Assembly: GCA_019358935.1 (NCBI GenBank)
Contig: JAHHIK010000046.1
Span: forward strand, 1 to 59,465
DNA length: 59,465 nt
Direction: 5' to 3'
From: Tolypothrix carrinoi HA7290-LM1
Lineage (GTDB): Bacteria; Cyanobacteriota; Cyanobacteriia; Cyanobacteriales; Nostocaceae
Position numbers and translations under genes: made by a program. Below are positions 29,444 through 39,556 of the stretch, in pieces (position 1 is the first letter of the stretch; each line of letters begins with the position of its first letter). A model generated the notes under the pieces. The model did no database searches, was not told the origin of the DNA, and saw only the letters and a list, made by a program, of their open reading frames with translations.

Positions 29444-30697
29444 ATGAACCCAGAGGAATCTCAAACTCCAGAACCTATTAATGAGTCATTAATGGAAAAA
29501 CAAGAACAAAGCCCAGTAGTTGACCCAACAGAAAACCCATCTGTTGAGTCTGTGGTTGAAATTCAAACACAAAGTCAGATAACCCAAACACAATCAAACT
29601 CAAATTTTGATTTGCCTACACCGCAAGCGCAAAATCTGACTGTTGAACCAACAGAAAATTCATCCGCAGCTACCGCGCTAAAGTCAGAAATAGAAGCATC
29701 AAAAGATAATTCACTTATAGAGTCAGCAGCGCAACGAGTAGCAGAGTTACAACGTACTGAACAAGCGCTCAAAGAAGAAATAGCTAACTTGCAAACTTCT
29801 TACAAAACTCTTCAAGCGCAAGTGAGTGATACCCAAATAACTATGGGAAAAGTAGTGCAAGAAGCTTTGACGCAATTAGAACAGCGCAAACAAGCGCTAC
29901 AAATTTCTGTAGAACAATTGGAAAGGCGTCAAGAACGCATCCGCAACGAAATGCGAACCACTTTTGCAGGTGCTTCTCAAGATTTGGCAATCCGGGTACA
30001 GGGTTTTAAAGATTATCTCACTGGTAGTTTACAAGATTTGGCATCAGCAGCAGAACAGTTGCAATTAATGCCGACTGTTAGAGAACGGGAAAAAGTACCT
30101 GTAAAAGAAGCTAAATCAGTAGATATTGACCCAGGAACGCCTCAATTTGCCCAACAGCAGTTTCAAGATACCACAAAGCAAATTCGCCGCTTAATTGACC
30201 AATACCGTACCAAACCAGATTATTATGGACCGGCTTGGCAACTGCGCCGCACTTTTGAGCCGGTACACGCAGAACGAGTTTCTAACTGGTTTTTCAGCCA
30301 AGGGGGACGCGGTGCTTTGCGGACGATGAATAGCCGCTTGCAAAATATTCTGATTTCCTCAGCGGTGATTTCGATATTACACAAATTGTATGGCGATCGC
30401 CTCCGCACTTTGGTATTAGCAAATACACCAGAGCGTTTAGGTGATTGGCGGCGCGGCTTGCAAGACTGCCTAGGAATCGGTCGTCCAGATTTTGGACCCG
30501 ACAGAGGCGTGGTATTGTTTGAAACAGCCGAAGCGCTAGCGCAAAAAGCCGATCGCTTGACAAAAGCAAATCAACTACCCTTAATCATAATTGACGATTC
30601 TGAGGAGCAAATTAGTTTAGGATTGTTACAATTTCCTCTTTGGTTAGCGTTTGCTCCTGACCCGAAAATGATGCGAAATTCTGATGATGACTATTAA
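29444..30697 (+). CDS. DUF3086-family coiled-coil protein
   Basis: FAGASQDLAIRVQGFKDYL, PDYYGPAWQLRRTFE, LLQFPLWLAFA. Confidence 0.85.
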   Translation: MNPEESQTPEPINESLMEKQEQSPVVDPTENPSVESVVEIQTQSQITQTQSNSNFDLPTPQAQNLTVEPTENSSAATALKSEIEASKDNSLIESAAQRVAELQRTEQALKEEIANLQTSYKTLQAQVSDTQITMGKVVQEALTQLEQRKQALQISVEQLERRQERIRNEMRTTFAGASQDLAIRVQGFKDYLTGSLQDLASAAEQLQLMPTVREREKVPVKEAKSVDIDPGTPQFAQQQFQDTTKQIRRLIDQYRTKPDYYGPAWQLRRTFEPVHAERVSNWFFSQGGRGALRTMNSRLQNILISSAVISILHKLYGDRLRTLVLANTPERLGDWRRGLQDCLGIGRPDFGPDRGVVLFETAEALAQKADRLTKANQLPLIIIDDSEEQISLGLLQFPLWLAFAPDPKMMRNSDDDY

Positions 30698-30965
30698 GAG
30701 TTAGGAGTTAGGAGTTAGGAGGAGCGTGGATAGTGGATAGTGGATAGTGGATAGTAGTAATTTTTGACAGCCGACAACTAACAACTAACAATTAACACTA
30801 CCAACTACCCTTCGGGTTCGCCAGGTGCTTCAAGTCGGCAGAGCCGACGGCAGGTGCTACAACGGGGGGAACCCCCGCAACGCACTGCCTCCCCAACGCA
30901 CTGGCTCACCAACTAACAACTAACAACCACCAACTAACAACTAACTACTAACAAACAACAACTAA
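30696..30965. repeat. STRR arrays enclosing a doubly nested mini-element (30819-30907)
   Basis: GGAGTTA, GTGGATA and ACTAACA heptamers; 45-nt inner unit at 30847-30891. Confidence 0.85.
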
Positions 30966-30969
30966 GAAT

Positions 30970-31668
30970 ATGGCTATTTGGTTGACTTTGTGCGGGGCAA
31001 TTGTGATTGTAGCTTATCTGCTGGGTTCGTTTCCCACGGGTTACATCGCAGTTAAGCAGTTGAAAGGTATTGATATTCGCGCAGTTGGTTCTGGTTCAAC
31101 TGGGGCAACTAATGTGTTAAGAACTTTAGGTAAAGTACCGGGAGCGATCGTTTTACTGATTGATGCTTTAAAGGGAGTATTAGCGATCGCTCTGGCTTAC
31201 TCATTATTTAACTACGCACCTTTACAAAACTTTATCCCTCCAACGGTAGATGCGAATTTATGGCAACCGTGGGTAGTAACTTTAGTTGGGTTAGCAGCGA
31301 TATTAGGACACAGTAAATCGATTTTTTTAGGGTTTACTGGTGGTAAGTCAGTTGCTATCAGCTTAGGTATTTTATTAGCGATGAATTGGCAGATTGGTTT
31401 GGCTACAGCGGGGGTATTTGCGGTTGTAATTGCGATATCGCGGATTGTGTCTTTAAGTTCAATTGTGGGTGCTGTAGCTGTTCCAATTTTCATGACACTT
31501 TTGCATCAACCTTTACCCTACATTTTGTTTGGTGTCGCGGGTGGATTGTATGTGATTTTGCGACATCGCGCTAATATTGAGCGTTTGTTTGCTGGTACAG
31601 AACCAAAAATCGGACAGAAGGTGGAAGTAGAAGCGGAAGAAAGTTTAAATTCGGCTGGAACAACTTAA
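30970..31668 (+). CDS. plsY: Glycerol-3-phosphate acyltransferase
   Basis: YLLGSFP, GSGSTGATNVLR, GHS..F.GGKSVA, RHRANIERL. Confidence 0.95.
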   Translation: MAIWLTLCGAIVIVAYLLGSFPTGYIAVKQLKGIDIRAVGSGSTGATNVLRTLGKVPGAIVLLIDALKGVLAIALAYSLFNYAPLQNFIPPTVDANLWQPWVVTLVGLAAILGHSKSIFLGFTGGKSVAISLGILLAMNWQIGLATAGVFAVVIAISRIVSLSSIVGAVAVPIFMTLLHQPLPYILFGVAGGLYVILRHRANIERLFAGTEPKIGQKVEVEAEESLNSAGTT

Positions 31669-31799
31669 GGTACTTTGCGTAAAATTGTAGCGTTTTGAAA
31701 CGCAGAGGAACGCTGAGTCAGCGCAAAGGAACGCAGAGTTTTTAGTTTATTTAATTGGTGACGAATTTGTGCAATTTTGCACTTAGGAGGATGCATATC

Positions 31800-32363
31800 A
31801 TGGTTAAGGTAAGCAGAGAAAAACAACTTACTTTAGAAGAATTTCTGGTGCTTCCTGAAGGAGATGTAAACTATGAGTTTGTTGATGGTTATGCAGTAGC
31901 GAAGGTACAAGCAAAATATTTTCATTCTACTTTACAAACAGCTTTATTAATCCTCTTACATATATGGTGCAAAGGTAAAGGTAGAGTCGGATCAGAATGG
32001 GCTATTTTGTTAAAGCGTCGGGGTAAAGATTGGGCACCTTTACCGGATGTGACGTATATTTCTTATGAACGATTACCTAAAAGCTGGAAACGTAATGAAG
32101 CTTGTCCAGCAATTCCGGAATTGGTAATTGAAATTATCTCTCCAGACCAAACCATGAAGGAATTTGAAGACAAAGCGAAGGATTATTTTGCGGCTGGAGT
32201 TTCACGAGTTTGGATTGTAGATCCGGAAGCGATAAATATTAAAGTGTTTTTCTCGGCTGATTCAAGTCAAGTTTATACAGATACTACACCGATTGTTGAT
32301 GCGCTGCTTCCTGGTTTGGAGTTAACAGTCAGGCAAATTTTTGAAGAGGCAGAATTGATTTGA
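31800..32363 (+). CDS. Uma2-family (DUF820) endonuclease-like protein
   Basis: PLPDVTYIS, PELVIEIISP, KAKDYFAAGVSRVWIVDP; AGGAGG RBS. Confidence 0.9.
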   Translation: MVKVSREKQLTLEEFLVLPEGDVNYEFVDGYAVAKVQAKYFHSTLQTALLILLHIWCKGKGRVGSEWAILLKRRGKDWAPLPDVTYISYERLPKSWKRNEACPAIPELVIEIISPDQTMKEFEDKAKDYFAAGVSRVWIVDPEAINIKVFFSADSSQVYTDTTPIVDALLPGLELTVRQIFEEAELI

Positions 32364-32396
32364 TTTTTGGGTGGTTTCGCATTTGGTTGAGTCTAC

Positions 32397-33036
32397 CCAC
32401 CTGGGAATGAATTCCCAGGCTAATAGTTAAAGTCGGCTTAAGCCGACTAGAAGATTTTCGTCTTAGTTTGATTTGGTAAAAATCGCGGGAATACTAAACG
32501 GAGGACATTGCAAACAAAAAATTACTTTCATGGCTCTGTGGCGACTTTACTATCATCTCCTGAAGGGGCGACCAAAGAACGTCAGCCGTTAATTACTTGC
32601 GATCGCGAAACCCAACTTTATGGTTATATGATTGGCAAATCGGATGAACTCGGTAGCATTATCCATGCAATTGGCGGTGTAGAAAACCATATTCATTTAG
32701 TGGCTTCCATTCCCCCTAAACTTTCTATCTCTGATTTTGTCCAAAATATCAAAGGTAGTAGCGCTCATTATCTCAATCATCTCTCTTCTGAGCAAGATGC
32801 GTTTGGTTGGCAACGCGGATACGGCGTTTTTTCTTTAGGAAGTAAACAACTTGAGCAAGCTGTGGATTATGTGAAAAATCAGAAGGAACATCATTCAAAT
32901 GGGACTACAATTTCATCTTTAGAACGGCATAATCATGAAGATGATAGTCCAAAACGTACCAAATAAATGATGATATTTGAGCATAGTCAGCTGAAGCTGA
33001 CTTAAGCTATGAGCCTCAGAATTCATTCTGAGGCGG
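32397..33036 (+). mobile_element. Y1/HUH transposase element bounded by inverted 53-bp double hairpins (IS200/RAYT-like)
   Basis: 32397-32449 and 32984-33036 are reverse complements with compensatory stem changes. Confidence 0.75.
32530..32966 (+). pseudogene. tnpA: IS200/IS605-family TnpA, frameshifted near 32560
   Basis: ATG 32530 gives MALWRLYYHL; ATKERQPLI..NHIHL (HUH)..KGSSA..WQRGYGVFS..YVKNQKEHH is in a different frame. Confidence 0.8.
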
Positions 33037-33160
33037 ACTTGTGGCTTTGAGCAATATCTCAGCAATTATCCAAATATATCACAGCTACTGTAACCTGCAA
33101 AAATAAGAATGCGATCGCTTTAGCTTCATGCTCAGAATAGCAAGCAAAGAAGCGGAAGCA

Positions 33161-33544
33161 TTAACTAGATTCTTTCCGTTTAAAAGTTAGCTTAATTGCG
33201 CTTTTACCTCCACCCTTCGCACCGCTTCCTAATAACTTAACTTCTCCTTCACCGCTGATTTCTACCGATAACTCAATTTCCTCTAATTGCATTGCTGTGT
33301 TTCCCTTAGCTTGCGCTTCAGCGTGGCTAAACACCTTTCCCAAAACTTGCAAAAAGCGCGTCATTTCTTGCTCTAATTTTTCCGCGCTAACTTTAACAGC
33401 ATCTCCTACCCCTCTGCTACCGCTATCTCTTTGAACATCGTCGTCCCAGTCACCTCCTCTAGTAACTTTGCGTGTCACTTTTTCAGCAATTGCTATTTGA
33501 GGAGTATCATCAGTGACGATCCAGATTGTTTCTTCGTTCTGCAT
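33161..33544 (-). CDS. Pepco/Trypco-like small adaptor-domain protein
   Basis: LEEIELSVEISGEGEVKLLGSGAKGGGKSAIKLTFKRK C-terminus; ATG 33544. Confidence 0.6.
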   Translation of the reverse strand: MQNEETIWIVTDDTPQIAIAEKVTRKVTRGGDWDDDVQRDSGSRGVGDAVKVSAEKLEQEMTRFLQVLGKVFSHAEAQAKGNTAMQLEEIELSVEISGEGEVKLLGSGAKGGGKSAIKLTFKRKESS

Positions 33545-33617
33545 ATACGTAAAATTTGCCAAATATTTCCGATATAACTACATACTAGAAAGCCTGAATT
33601 TCGTGAAAAAAGCGATA

Positions 33618-34250
33618 TTAAGCATTAATCACTAATTGGCTGAGACGTTTAAGTATTCTGAAAACATCATATAAATCATTTCCTGGGTTGCGAATTGCAA
33701 ACAACTTTGATGTCGCATACTGCGGAATTTCGCTTTTAACTAATTTGATGAAAATGAAGCTACCGCCTGTAGTAATCATACCAAAGCTAGGTTTTTCAAG
33801 ATGAGGATTTGCTAGCATATAAGCGAGAATTTGCGCTAATCCTGCTTCAATAGAATAAGATGCTCTTTTGGATTCAATAACCATCACCCAAAATTGGTCT
33901 TTTAAAACTAAAGTGTCAATTCTTCCTTTGACAATTACACCTTCATCTTCTGTGACAATATCAACAGATTCCTCTGATTTGACATAAAAAGGGTGTAAGT
34001 AGAAGTCGGCGATAAACAGAATTGGATCGAGTACCGCCATTCTGACGATATCTTCTAGCATTGGTGGGTAATTCAGAAGATTGATAAAACCCGCTTTTAC
34101 TTTGTCTAAAAGTTGTCTATCTAAATCAGTTATTTCTGGTAAATCGTCTTGCCACTCGCGGAAAAAATCGTCCTTTTCAACTAGCTGAATACCAAATGTA
34201 TCGATTAAGTAGCGTAAGTTTATATCTTTTGCTTGGATTGCTTGTGTCAT
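33618..34250 (-). CDS. HsdR N-terminal-like PD-(D/E)xK nuclease-fold protein
   Basis: KGRIDTLVL..VIESKR..GLAQILAYM..FGMITTGGSFIF. Confidence 0.8.
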   Translation of the reverse strand: MTQAIQAKDINLRYLIDTFGIQLVEKDDFFREWQDDLPEITDLDRQLLDKVKAGFINLLNYPPMLEDIVRMAVLDPILFIADFYLHPFYVKSEESVDIVTEDEGVIVKGRIDTLVLKDQFWVMVIESKRASYSIEAGLAQILAYMLANPHLEKPSFGMITTGGSFIFIKLVKSEIPQYATSKLFAIRNPGNDLYDVFRILKRLSQLVINA

Positions 34251-34293
34251 AGTATTAAGTTAATTTTGGTGAGACGTTAAAATAAGAAAGCGA

Positions 34294-34696
34294 ATGGTTA
34301 ACTTGGACACTGTAAGCGCTGTGGCTTTCATCGCTGAAGGCTCGGTTGTACGCTATCTGTTGCGACAATATATACAAGAGCAACAAATCGTAAGGAAGGA
34401 AGACAGCTTTCAACGAATTTACAGCTATTGTGCAACAAATTGGGGGGGTATTAGAACAGGCAAGAGCTAGCAGATTTTTACAAAGAATTACTATTATTTA
34501 CGATAATCCTTCATTTAGAGCTTTAAAACTTCAGCCGACTCGGAAGTTAGGAGTGAACGATATTATTATTTTAGGAACAGGCGATCGCTTGGGCATTATA
34601 ACTATTACAGCCGATGCTAAAGCTATCACAGCAAGTGTTCAAGGTGTAGATTTTAATGTTTACATACATCCACCTTGTCCTTTAACAGGTAATTAA
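34294..34696 (+). pseudogene. PIN-like (DUF1308-like) gene, frameshifted near 34393-34402
   Basis: ATG 34294 gives MVNLDT..FIAE; TAFNEF..NDIIILGTGD..ITAD continues in the +1 frame; PIN-type acidic residues D, E, D, D. Confidence 0.6.
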
Positions 34697-34698
34697 TT

Positions 34699-34992
34699 AT
34701 GCAAGTAACTATTGCACCTCATCTGCAAAGCACCTATCAGTTAATTAAATGTGCCTTTCCCAATGGGATAGAATCACAAGTTTATTTGCCGCTTTTGGCA
34801 CTACTTTATGATGAAATGTCAGATCGCAATTTAGCAGAAGTTGTGGCTTGTTACACTGGCAAGGATTATGGCGTTGTGTTGAATGATGTGTATCGGGTAA
34901 AGTCAACTGATATACCAAGTGCTGAAGCAATTACCAAGGTAAAACAGCGTCTACTAGCTTGTGGTTATAAAGACTGGCTTGAAAAAGGGTGA
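34699..34992 (+). CDS. DUF3349-like small helical protein
   Basis: AFPNGI..YLPLLALL..EMSDRNLAEVV; starts 2 bp after the upstream stop. Confidence 0.7.
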   Translation: MQVTIAPHLQSTYQLIKCAFPNGIESQVYLPLLALLYDEMSDRNLAEVVACYTGKDYGVVLNDVYRVKSTDIPSAEAITKVKQRLLACGYKDWLEKG

Positions 34993-35082
34993 GGGTGAGT
35001 GCTATCGCGTTTTATATTGAGAATGCGATCGCACTACCTTAAATTATAAAGCGAGGAGCGATATTCAAACATCGCCAGGATC

Positions 35083-35790
35083 TTAATCTGGAAGTATTAC
35101 CGTCCTAAACGTTAATGAAACCCGTCTTTCCCGCTTAATGATTTCACCTTGCCACTTATCACTTTTCCTTTTAGCTATACCATGATTCCACTCATATCTT
35201 GCTTCACCTCGCAATACAATCAAACTTCTCGGTTCTAAGAAAAGTGACTTTTTTAATTCTTGCTTAGTATTAATAAAATCCATTACGCATGGTGAACCTA
35301 GACTTAGTGAGATGATAGTATCTCTAAAACAAGTCTTACAATCTGTATGGTTTGCTATCCCCTGACCTGGTTCATACTCATTGATAATTACTTGGTCTGG
35401 TAAAGTTTGGCTATAGCTTTGATGTAATTTCTTTGCTACATCTAAAGCCCAATCAGGTAAGGGTGCAATATACATTGCTCTATTAATCTTGTGGTTTGCA
35501 TAATCATACTTATAACCGTAGTGTTGCACTCTTCTCTTTAAGTCAGTTAACCAAGGTTCACTATCTATTTTTTGCAATAGTAAATCATGCTCAGACTGGC
35601 AGATGAAATTACGAACATAAGTCAAACCATTAATTTCATCTATCTGAATTACTTCTGCATCATTTAAATCTATATTATTATTTTTTAAGTTGATGATTTC
35701 TTCTGCTACATCATTTTTAGGAAGCGTGCTAAACAGATCCAGTTGGATACCTTGTGAGGATAGTTGCTCTGTCTTTTTATTTTTCAGCAT
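35083..35790 (-). CDS. AlkB-family 2OG-Fe(II) dioxygenase
   Basis: RRVQHYGYKYDY, INEYEPGQGIANHTD, WNHGI, RRVSLTFR. Confidence 0.9.
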   Translation of the reverse strand: MLKNKKTEQLSSQGIQLDLFSTLPKNDVAEEIINLKNNNIDLNDAEVIQIDEINGLTYVRNFICQSEHDLLLQKIDSEPWLTDLKRRVQHYGYKYDYANHKINRAMYIAPLPDWALDVAKKLHQSYSQTLPDQVIINEYEPGQGIANHTDCKTCFRDTIISLSLGSPCVMDFINTKQELKKSLFLEPRSLIVLRGEARYEWNHGIAKRKSDKWQGEIIKRERRVSLTFRTVILPD

Positions 35791-35806
35791 TTATTAATTA
35801 TCCTAT

Positions 35807-36748
35807 TTATCTAAATAATATGTCATAGAAAAGTTTGGTTTCTCTTAATCCTTGATTGTGAAGATCAAAATATTCAAACGTATCGCTTCTTGCTCCATTT
35901 ATTTTTGTTTTCAATTTTAATACTTGGTTTTGGAAAAAGTGCCAATTTTTATTTAAATTAATTCCTTGTGGGTTTTGAAAAATCAGACATACTTCCTTAT
36001 ATAAATACTTATTTAGCAAATTTTTAACAAAACTAATTAATCTATCAACTTTGAGCGAAGGACTTGCAAATAAGTAAGAAAAATTTAATACTATCAATGT
36101 CTTGTCTGAAATATGATTATCTATATAATCACATAACACCTCGATGAAATTAGGTGAATAATTAGCATAAGTATTGAAAAATTGGAATGTAGTATTACTG
36201 TGAAAAAGACCAGAATACAAACTAAATTCGCTTGCTTTTTCAAGCATTGATTTTGCTTTGTCCATGCCAATGTAATTAAAGTTTATTTTTTCCCCGGAAT
36301 TTTTTGCTGATTTTGCATAGTGCAGCGCAAGTGCTATACCAGAAGTGAGTGGTCCACAACCAAAATCAATAAATAGTAATTTTGTATTTGGATCAAAAAT
36401 ATATTTATCAAATATATCTTTGTGCTTTTCAAAAAGATACTTTTGACTCACAACGTGCTGTTGCATATTGCGGTTACAGTAAACTAGCACTCTTTCTTTT
36501 GGAGTCAAACCCCTAAATGGTGTATCAAAATCTGCCTGTCCTCCTCCTACAATAGCTCGAATTTTTTGAAAATCTTTATTTATGTAAGATTGCAAAACTT
36601 CTTTTTGCCAAGCTTCTGTTTGAGGATGTTCATCAAAAGGCTTCTTGACCATTTCTGCAAAAAACCTTTCTGTGTTGGCTGATTGTTTGTACTCAATCTT
36701 GCCGTCTAGTAAATTTATTATCATTTTGTTATTTTGTCTAGATAACAT
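35807..36748 (-). CDS. Class I SAM-methyltransferase-like protein
   Basis: FIDFGCGPLT (motif I), YIGMD, LNFSYLFAS; AT-rich; 16 bp upstream of the AlkB gene. Confidence 0.6.
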   Translation of the reverse strand: MLSRQNNKMIINLLDGKIEYKQSANTERFFAEMVKKPFDEHPQTEAWQKEVLQSYINKDFQKIRAIVGGGQADFDTPFRGLTPKERVLVYCNRNMQQHVVSQKYLFEKHKDIFDKYIFDPNTKLLFIDFGCGPLTSGIALALHYAKSAKNSGEKINFNYIGMDKAKSMLEKASEFSLYSGLFHSNTTFQFFNTYANYSPNFIEVLCDYIDNHISDKTLIVLNFSYLFASPSLKVDRLISFVKNLLNKYLYKEVCLIFQNPQGINLNKNWHFFQNQVLKLKTKINGARSDTFEYFDLHNQGLRETKLFYDILFR

Positions 36749-36995
36749 TTATTTTTCACTGTCGGAAAAATCCAGCCCAAATGTCATCAGAAAAAATCAC
36801 AAAATAACAAGACACTTATCCACAATTGAGGCAGCAATAAAACTGAAATAAAATTGTATAAAAAACTTTTATCCAGTAATTTTACTTAGTTTAATAACAA
36901 CAACACTTGCACACCCTCCTAAAACTCAATCCAATTCGGTACAATGTGACTCTAACTCGCTACAATAAAGATTTGCAGTATTCTGCATCCTATAC

Positions 36996-38360
36996 ATGAA
37001 GTTACCTATTGTTGCAATTATCGGACGCCCGAATGTGGGCAAATCCACCCTGGTAAATCGTCTTGCCGGACAACAGTCAGCGATTGTTCACGATGAACCA
37101 GGAGTGACACGCGATCGCACTTACTTACCAGCTTACTGGGGCGATCGCGAGTATCTCGTAGTCGATACTGGTGGTTTAGTATTTAATGATGAAACGGAAT
37201 TTTTACCCCTGATTCGTCAACAAGCTTCTTTGGCACTAAAAGAAGCAAGTGCCGCTATATTTGTTGTCGATGGGCAATTAGGATTAACATCAGCTGATGA
37301 GGAAATCGCTGAATGGTTACGCATACAAACTGTACCCGTTTTGCTTGCCGTAAATAAATGTGAATCCCCAGAACAAGGTTTAGTTCAAGCTTCGGAATTT
37401 TGGCAATTAGGATTAGGTGAACCGTTCGCTGTATCTGGTATTCATGGTAACGGTACAGGTGAATTACTCGACGAGTTAATTAACCACCTGCCAATTGTCG
37501 AAAATATACCAGAAAATAATGAAATCAATGTGGCAATTATCGGTCGCCCAAATGTCGGTAAATCAAGCTTATTGAACGCTTTCGTCGGTGAAGAAAGAGC
37601 GATTGTCAGTCCTATTTCTGGTACAACTCGCGATGCAATTGATACCGTCGTCGAAAGAGACGGACAAATTTACCGCTTAATTGACACTGCCGGAATTAGA
37701 AAAAAGAAACACATTGAATACGGTACTGAATTCTTTAGCATCAACCGCGCATTTAAAGCGATTCGCCGCGCCGATGTGGTTTTATTAGTATTAGATGCTG
37801 TAGATGGTGTCACCGAACAAGACCAAAAATTAGCTGGGCGAATTATCGAAGAAGGTCGAGCTTGTGTGGTTGTCGTTAATAAGTGGGATGCTGTCGAAAA
37901 AGACTCTTACACGATTTACGACTACGAAAAAATCTTAACTGAAAAGCTGCATTTCACCGATTGGGCTGAAACGATTTTTGTCAGTGCCGTCACCGGACAA
38001 CGGGTAGAAAAGATTTTAGAATTGGTGAATACCGCAGCCGAAGCACATAAACGTCGCGTCAGCACATCCGTAATTAACGAAGTCTTGGAAGAAGCAGTTA
38101 GCTGGCATTCGCCCCCAGCGACACGCGGCGGACGCCAAGGTAAGATTTATTATGGTACGCAAGTCACCAGCCAACCGCCAACAATAGCGCTGTTTGTCAA
38201 CGAAGCGAAACGCTTCAACGAAAACTATCGGCGTTACATTGAGCGCCAATTCCGGCAACAATTAGGATTTAAAGGCACACCGATTCGTTTACTGTGGCGG
38301 AGTAAGAAAGTGCGTGATATGGAAAGTGGTAGTGTCAATAGAGCAACTCGCGTGAAATGA
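36996..38360 (+). CDS. der: Ribosome biogenesis GTPase Der/EngA
   Basis: Two GRPNVGKS P-loops, DTGG/DTAG, NKWD, KH-like tail. Confidence 0.97.
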   Translation: MKLPIVAIIGRPNVGKSTLVNRLAGQQSAIVHDEPGVTRDRTYLPAYWGDREYLVVDTGGLVFNDETEFLPLIRQQASLALKEASAAIFVVDGQLGLTSADEEIAEWLRIQTVPVLLAVNKCESPEQGLVQASEFWQLGLGEPFAVSGIHGNGTGELLDELINHLPIVENIPENNEINVAIIGRPNVGKSSLLNAFVGEERAIVSPISGTTRDAIDTVVERDGQIYRLIDTAGIRKKKHIEYGTEFFSINRAFKAIRRADVVLLVLDAVDGVTEQDQKLAGRIIEEGRACVVVVNKWDAVEKDSYTIYDYEKILTEKLHFTDWAETIFVSAVTGQRVEKILELVNTAAEAHKRRVSTSVINEVLEEAVSWHSPPATRGGRQGKIYYGTQVTSQPPTIALFVNEAKRFNENYRRYIERQFRQQLGFKGTPIRLLWRSKKVRDMESGSVNRATRVK

Positions 38361-38478
38361 AGTTATGAGTTATGAGTTATGAGTTATGAGTTATGAGTTA
38401 TGAGTTATGAGTTATAAATTGTGGAGTATTTTAATTTCCAACTCCTAACTCCTAACTCCTCACTCCTCACTCCTAACT
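38361..38478. repeat. STRR (AGTTATG)~8 plus inverted CTCCTAA/CTCCTCA units
   Basis: Read directly. Confidence 0.9.
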
Positions 38479-38483
38479 TTATA

Positions 38484-39413
38484 ATGGATTTACTGCGATC
38501 GCTTCCACTTGGTCTTTACCTCGAACAACCGATAACTTGGCTGCACAAACTCGATCCGCGTGTCAAGTTTTTCTGGTTGATGAGCTTTTTAACTACCTAT
38601 ATATACGCGAGAAACGAGTGGCGGGTATTATTGGTATTAATTTTAATTGTCGCTACCCTCATAGCTAAAATTCCCGTGCGAGTATGGCAACAGCAAATGG
38701 GTTGGCTGTTAACAGTCTCGTTTCTTGTACTTTTAATTGCCGCTATCAGTCCGGATGGATTGGGTATAAATTATCAACCGCGCCTTCCTAGCGTAGAGAA
38801 TTCGCAGTTAAACAAAGCGAACTCAGAACAAGCACAAAGCTCAAAAAATCAAGTTAAGAACCCCAAACAATATACTTACGTAGTTTTGGAAGCTGGAGCC
38901 ATAAAAGTCACGCGCCGCTCTTTAGATTTGGCAGTCAGCTTGAGTGCAATGTTGTTTACTTTAATTTACAGCACCAACTTGTATCTGCTGACAACCGCAC
39001 CCGAAGAAATTACTGCTGCTATAGAAAACTTAATGCAACCGCTACGACGGTTGAAAGTGCCTGTCACCGAATTGACTTTAACTTTAACTTTGTCGTTGCG
39101 GTTTATTCCCCTAGTTTTAGAAGAAGTGCAAAATTTAATTCGCTCTGTGATGACAAGAGCAATAAATTGGAAAAAGCTAGGATTGAAAGGAAGCGTTAAA
39201 GTTTGGCTGCTGGTAGCAGAAAGACTGTTAGAAAATTTGCTATTACGGGCAGAACAAATGGCTAGTGCAATGATGGTGCGCGGCTTTACGAGTCCTCACG
39301 AACATCGGGTACAATGGCACGAATTACGGTTTACAACTCGTGATTGGGTAGCGATCGCGTTGCTTATTTTATTTTGGGGAGTGCGGCTAGCTGTAGGAAG
39401 TGAGGTTTCTTAA
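38484..39413 (+). CDS. ecfT: ECF transporter transmembrane T component (CbiQ family)
   Basis: LHKLDPRVK, LTTAPEEI, LSLRFIPLVLEE, AMMVRGF; ATG 38484. Confidence 0.88.
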   Translation: MDLLRSLPLGLYLEQPITWLHKLDPRVKFFWLMSFLTTYIYARNEWRVLLVLILIVATLIAKIPVRVWQQQMGWLLTVSFLVLLIAAISPDGLGINYQPRLPSVENSQLNKANSEQAQSSKNQVKNPKQYTYVVLEAGAIKVTRRSLDLAVSLSAMLFTLIYSTNLYLLTTAPEEITAAIENLMQPLRRLKVPVTELTLTLTLSLRFIPLVLEEVQNLIRSVMTRAINWKKLGLKGSVKVWLLVAERLLENLLLRAEQMASAMMVRGFTSPHEHRVQWHELRFTTRDWVAIALLILFWGVRLAVGSEVS

Positions 39414-39418
39414 ACGAT

Positions 39419-39556
39419 ACGATCAAGCCTTGGTATTGGCGATCGCTTCCCCTAAAAAATCGCACCGGTTCGGAGGTTTTCGCCACTTTATTTTATAAGA
39501 ACGATTCGGGAATCGCCACTTTACTTGAAAGCCCTTACCCAAATAAAAGCGATCGC
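39419..39556 (+). pseudogene. 5' remnant resembling a cyanobacterial anthranilate-synthase-I/PabB-like gene
   Basis: (ACG)IKPWYWRSLPLKNRTGSEVFATLF..IATLLESPYP; no ATG; resemblance ends at a HIP1 site; family recognised from memory. Confidence 0.55.

Noticed and set aside
32508..32560. ORF-track N-terminus of the transposase (MQTKNYFHG...)
   Set aside because: The family-like N-terminus MALWRLYYHL is in another frame from ATG 32530, so the gene is frameshifted
17455..34402. Programmed frameshifting or a shared mutational mechanism for the three frameshifts (about 17460, 32560, 34395)
   Set aside because: No slippery heptamer or common motif is evident; decay or assembly error is simpler and cannot be told apart without reads
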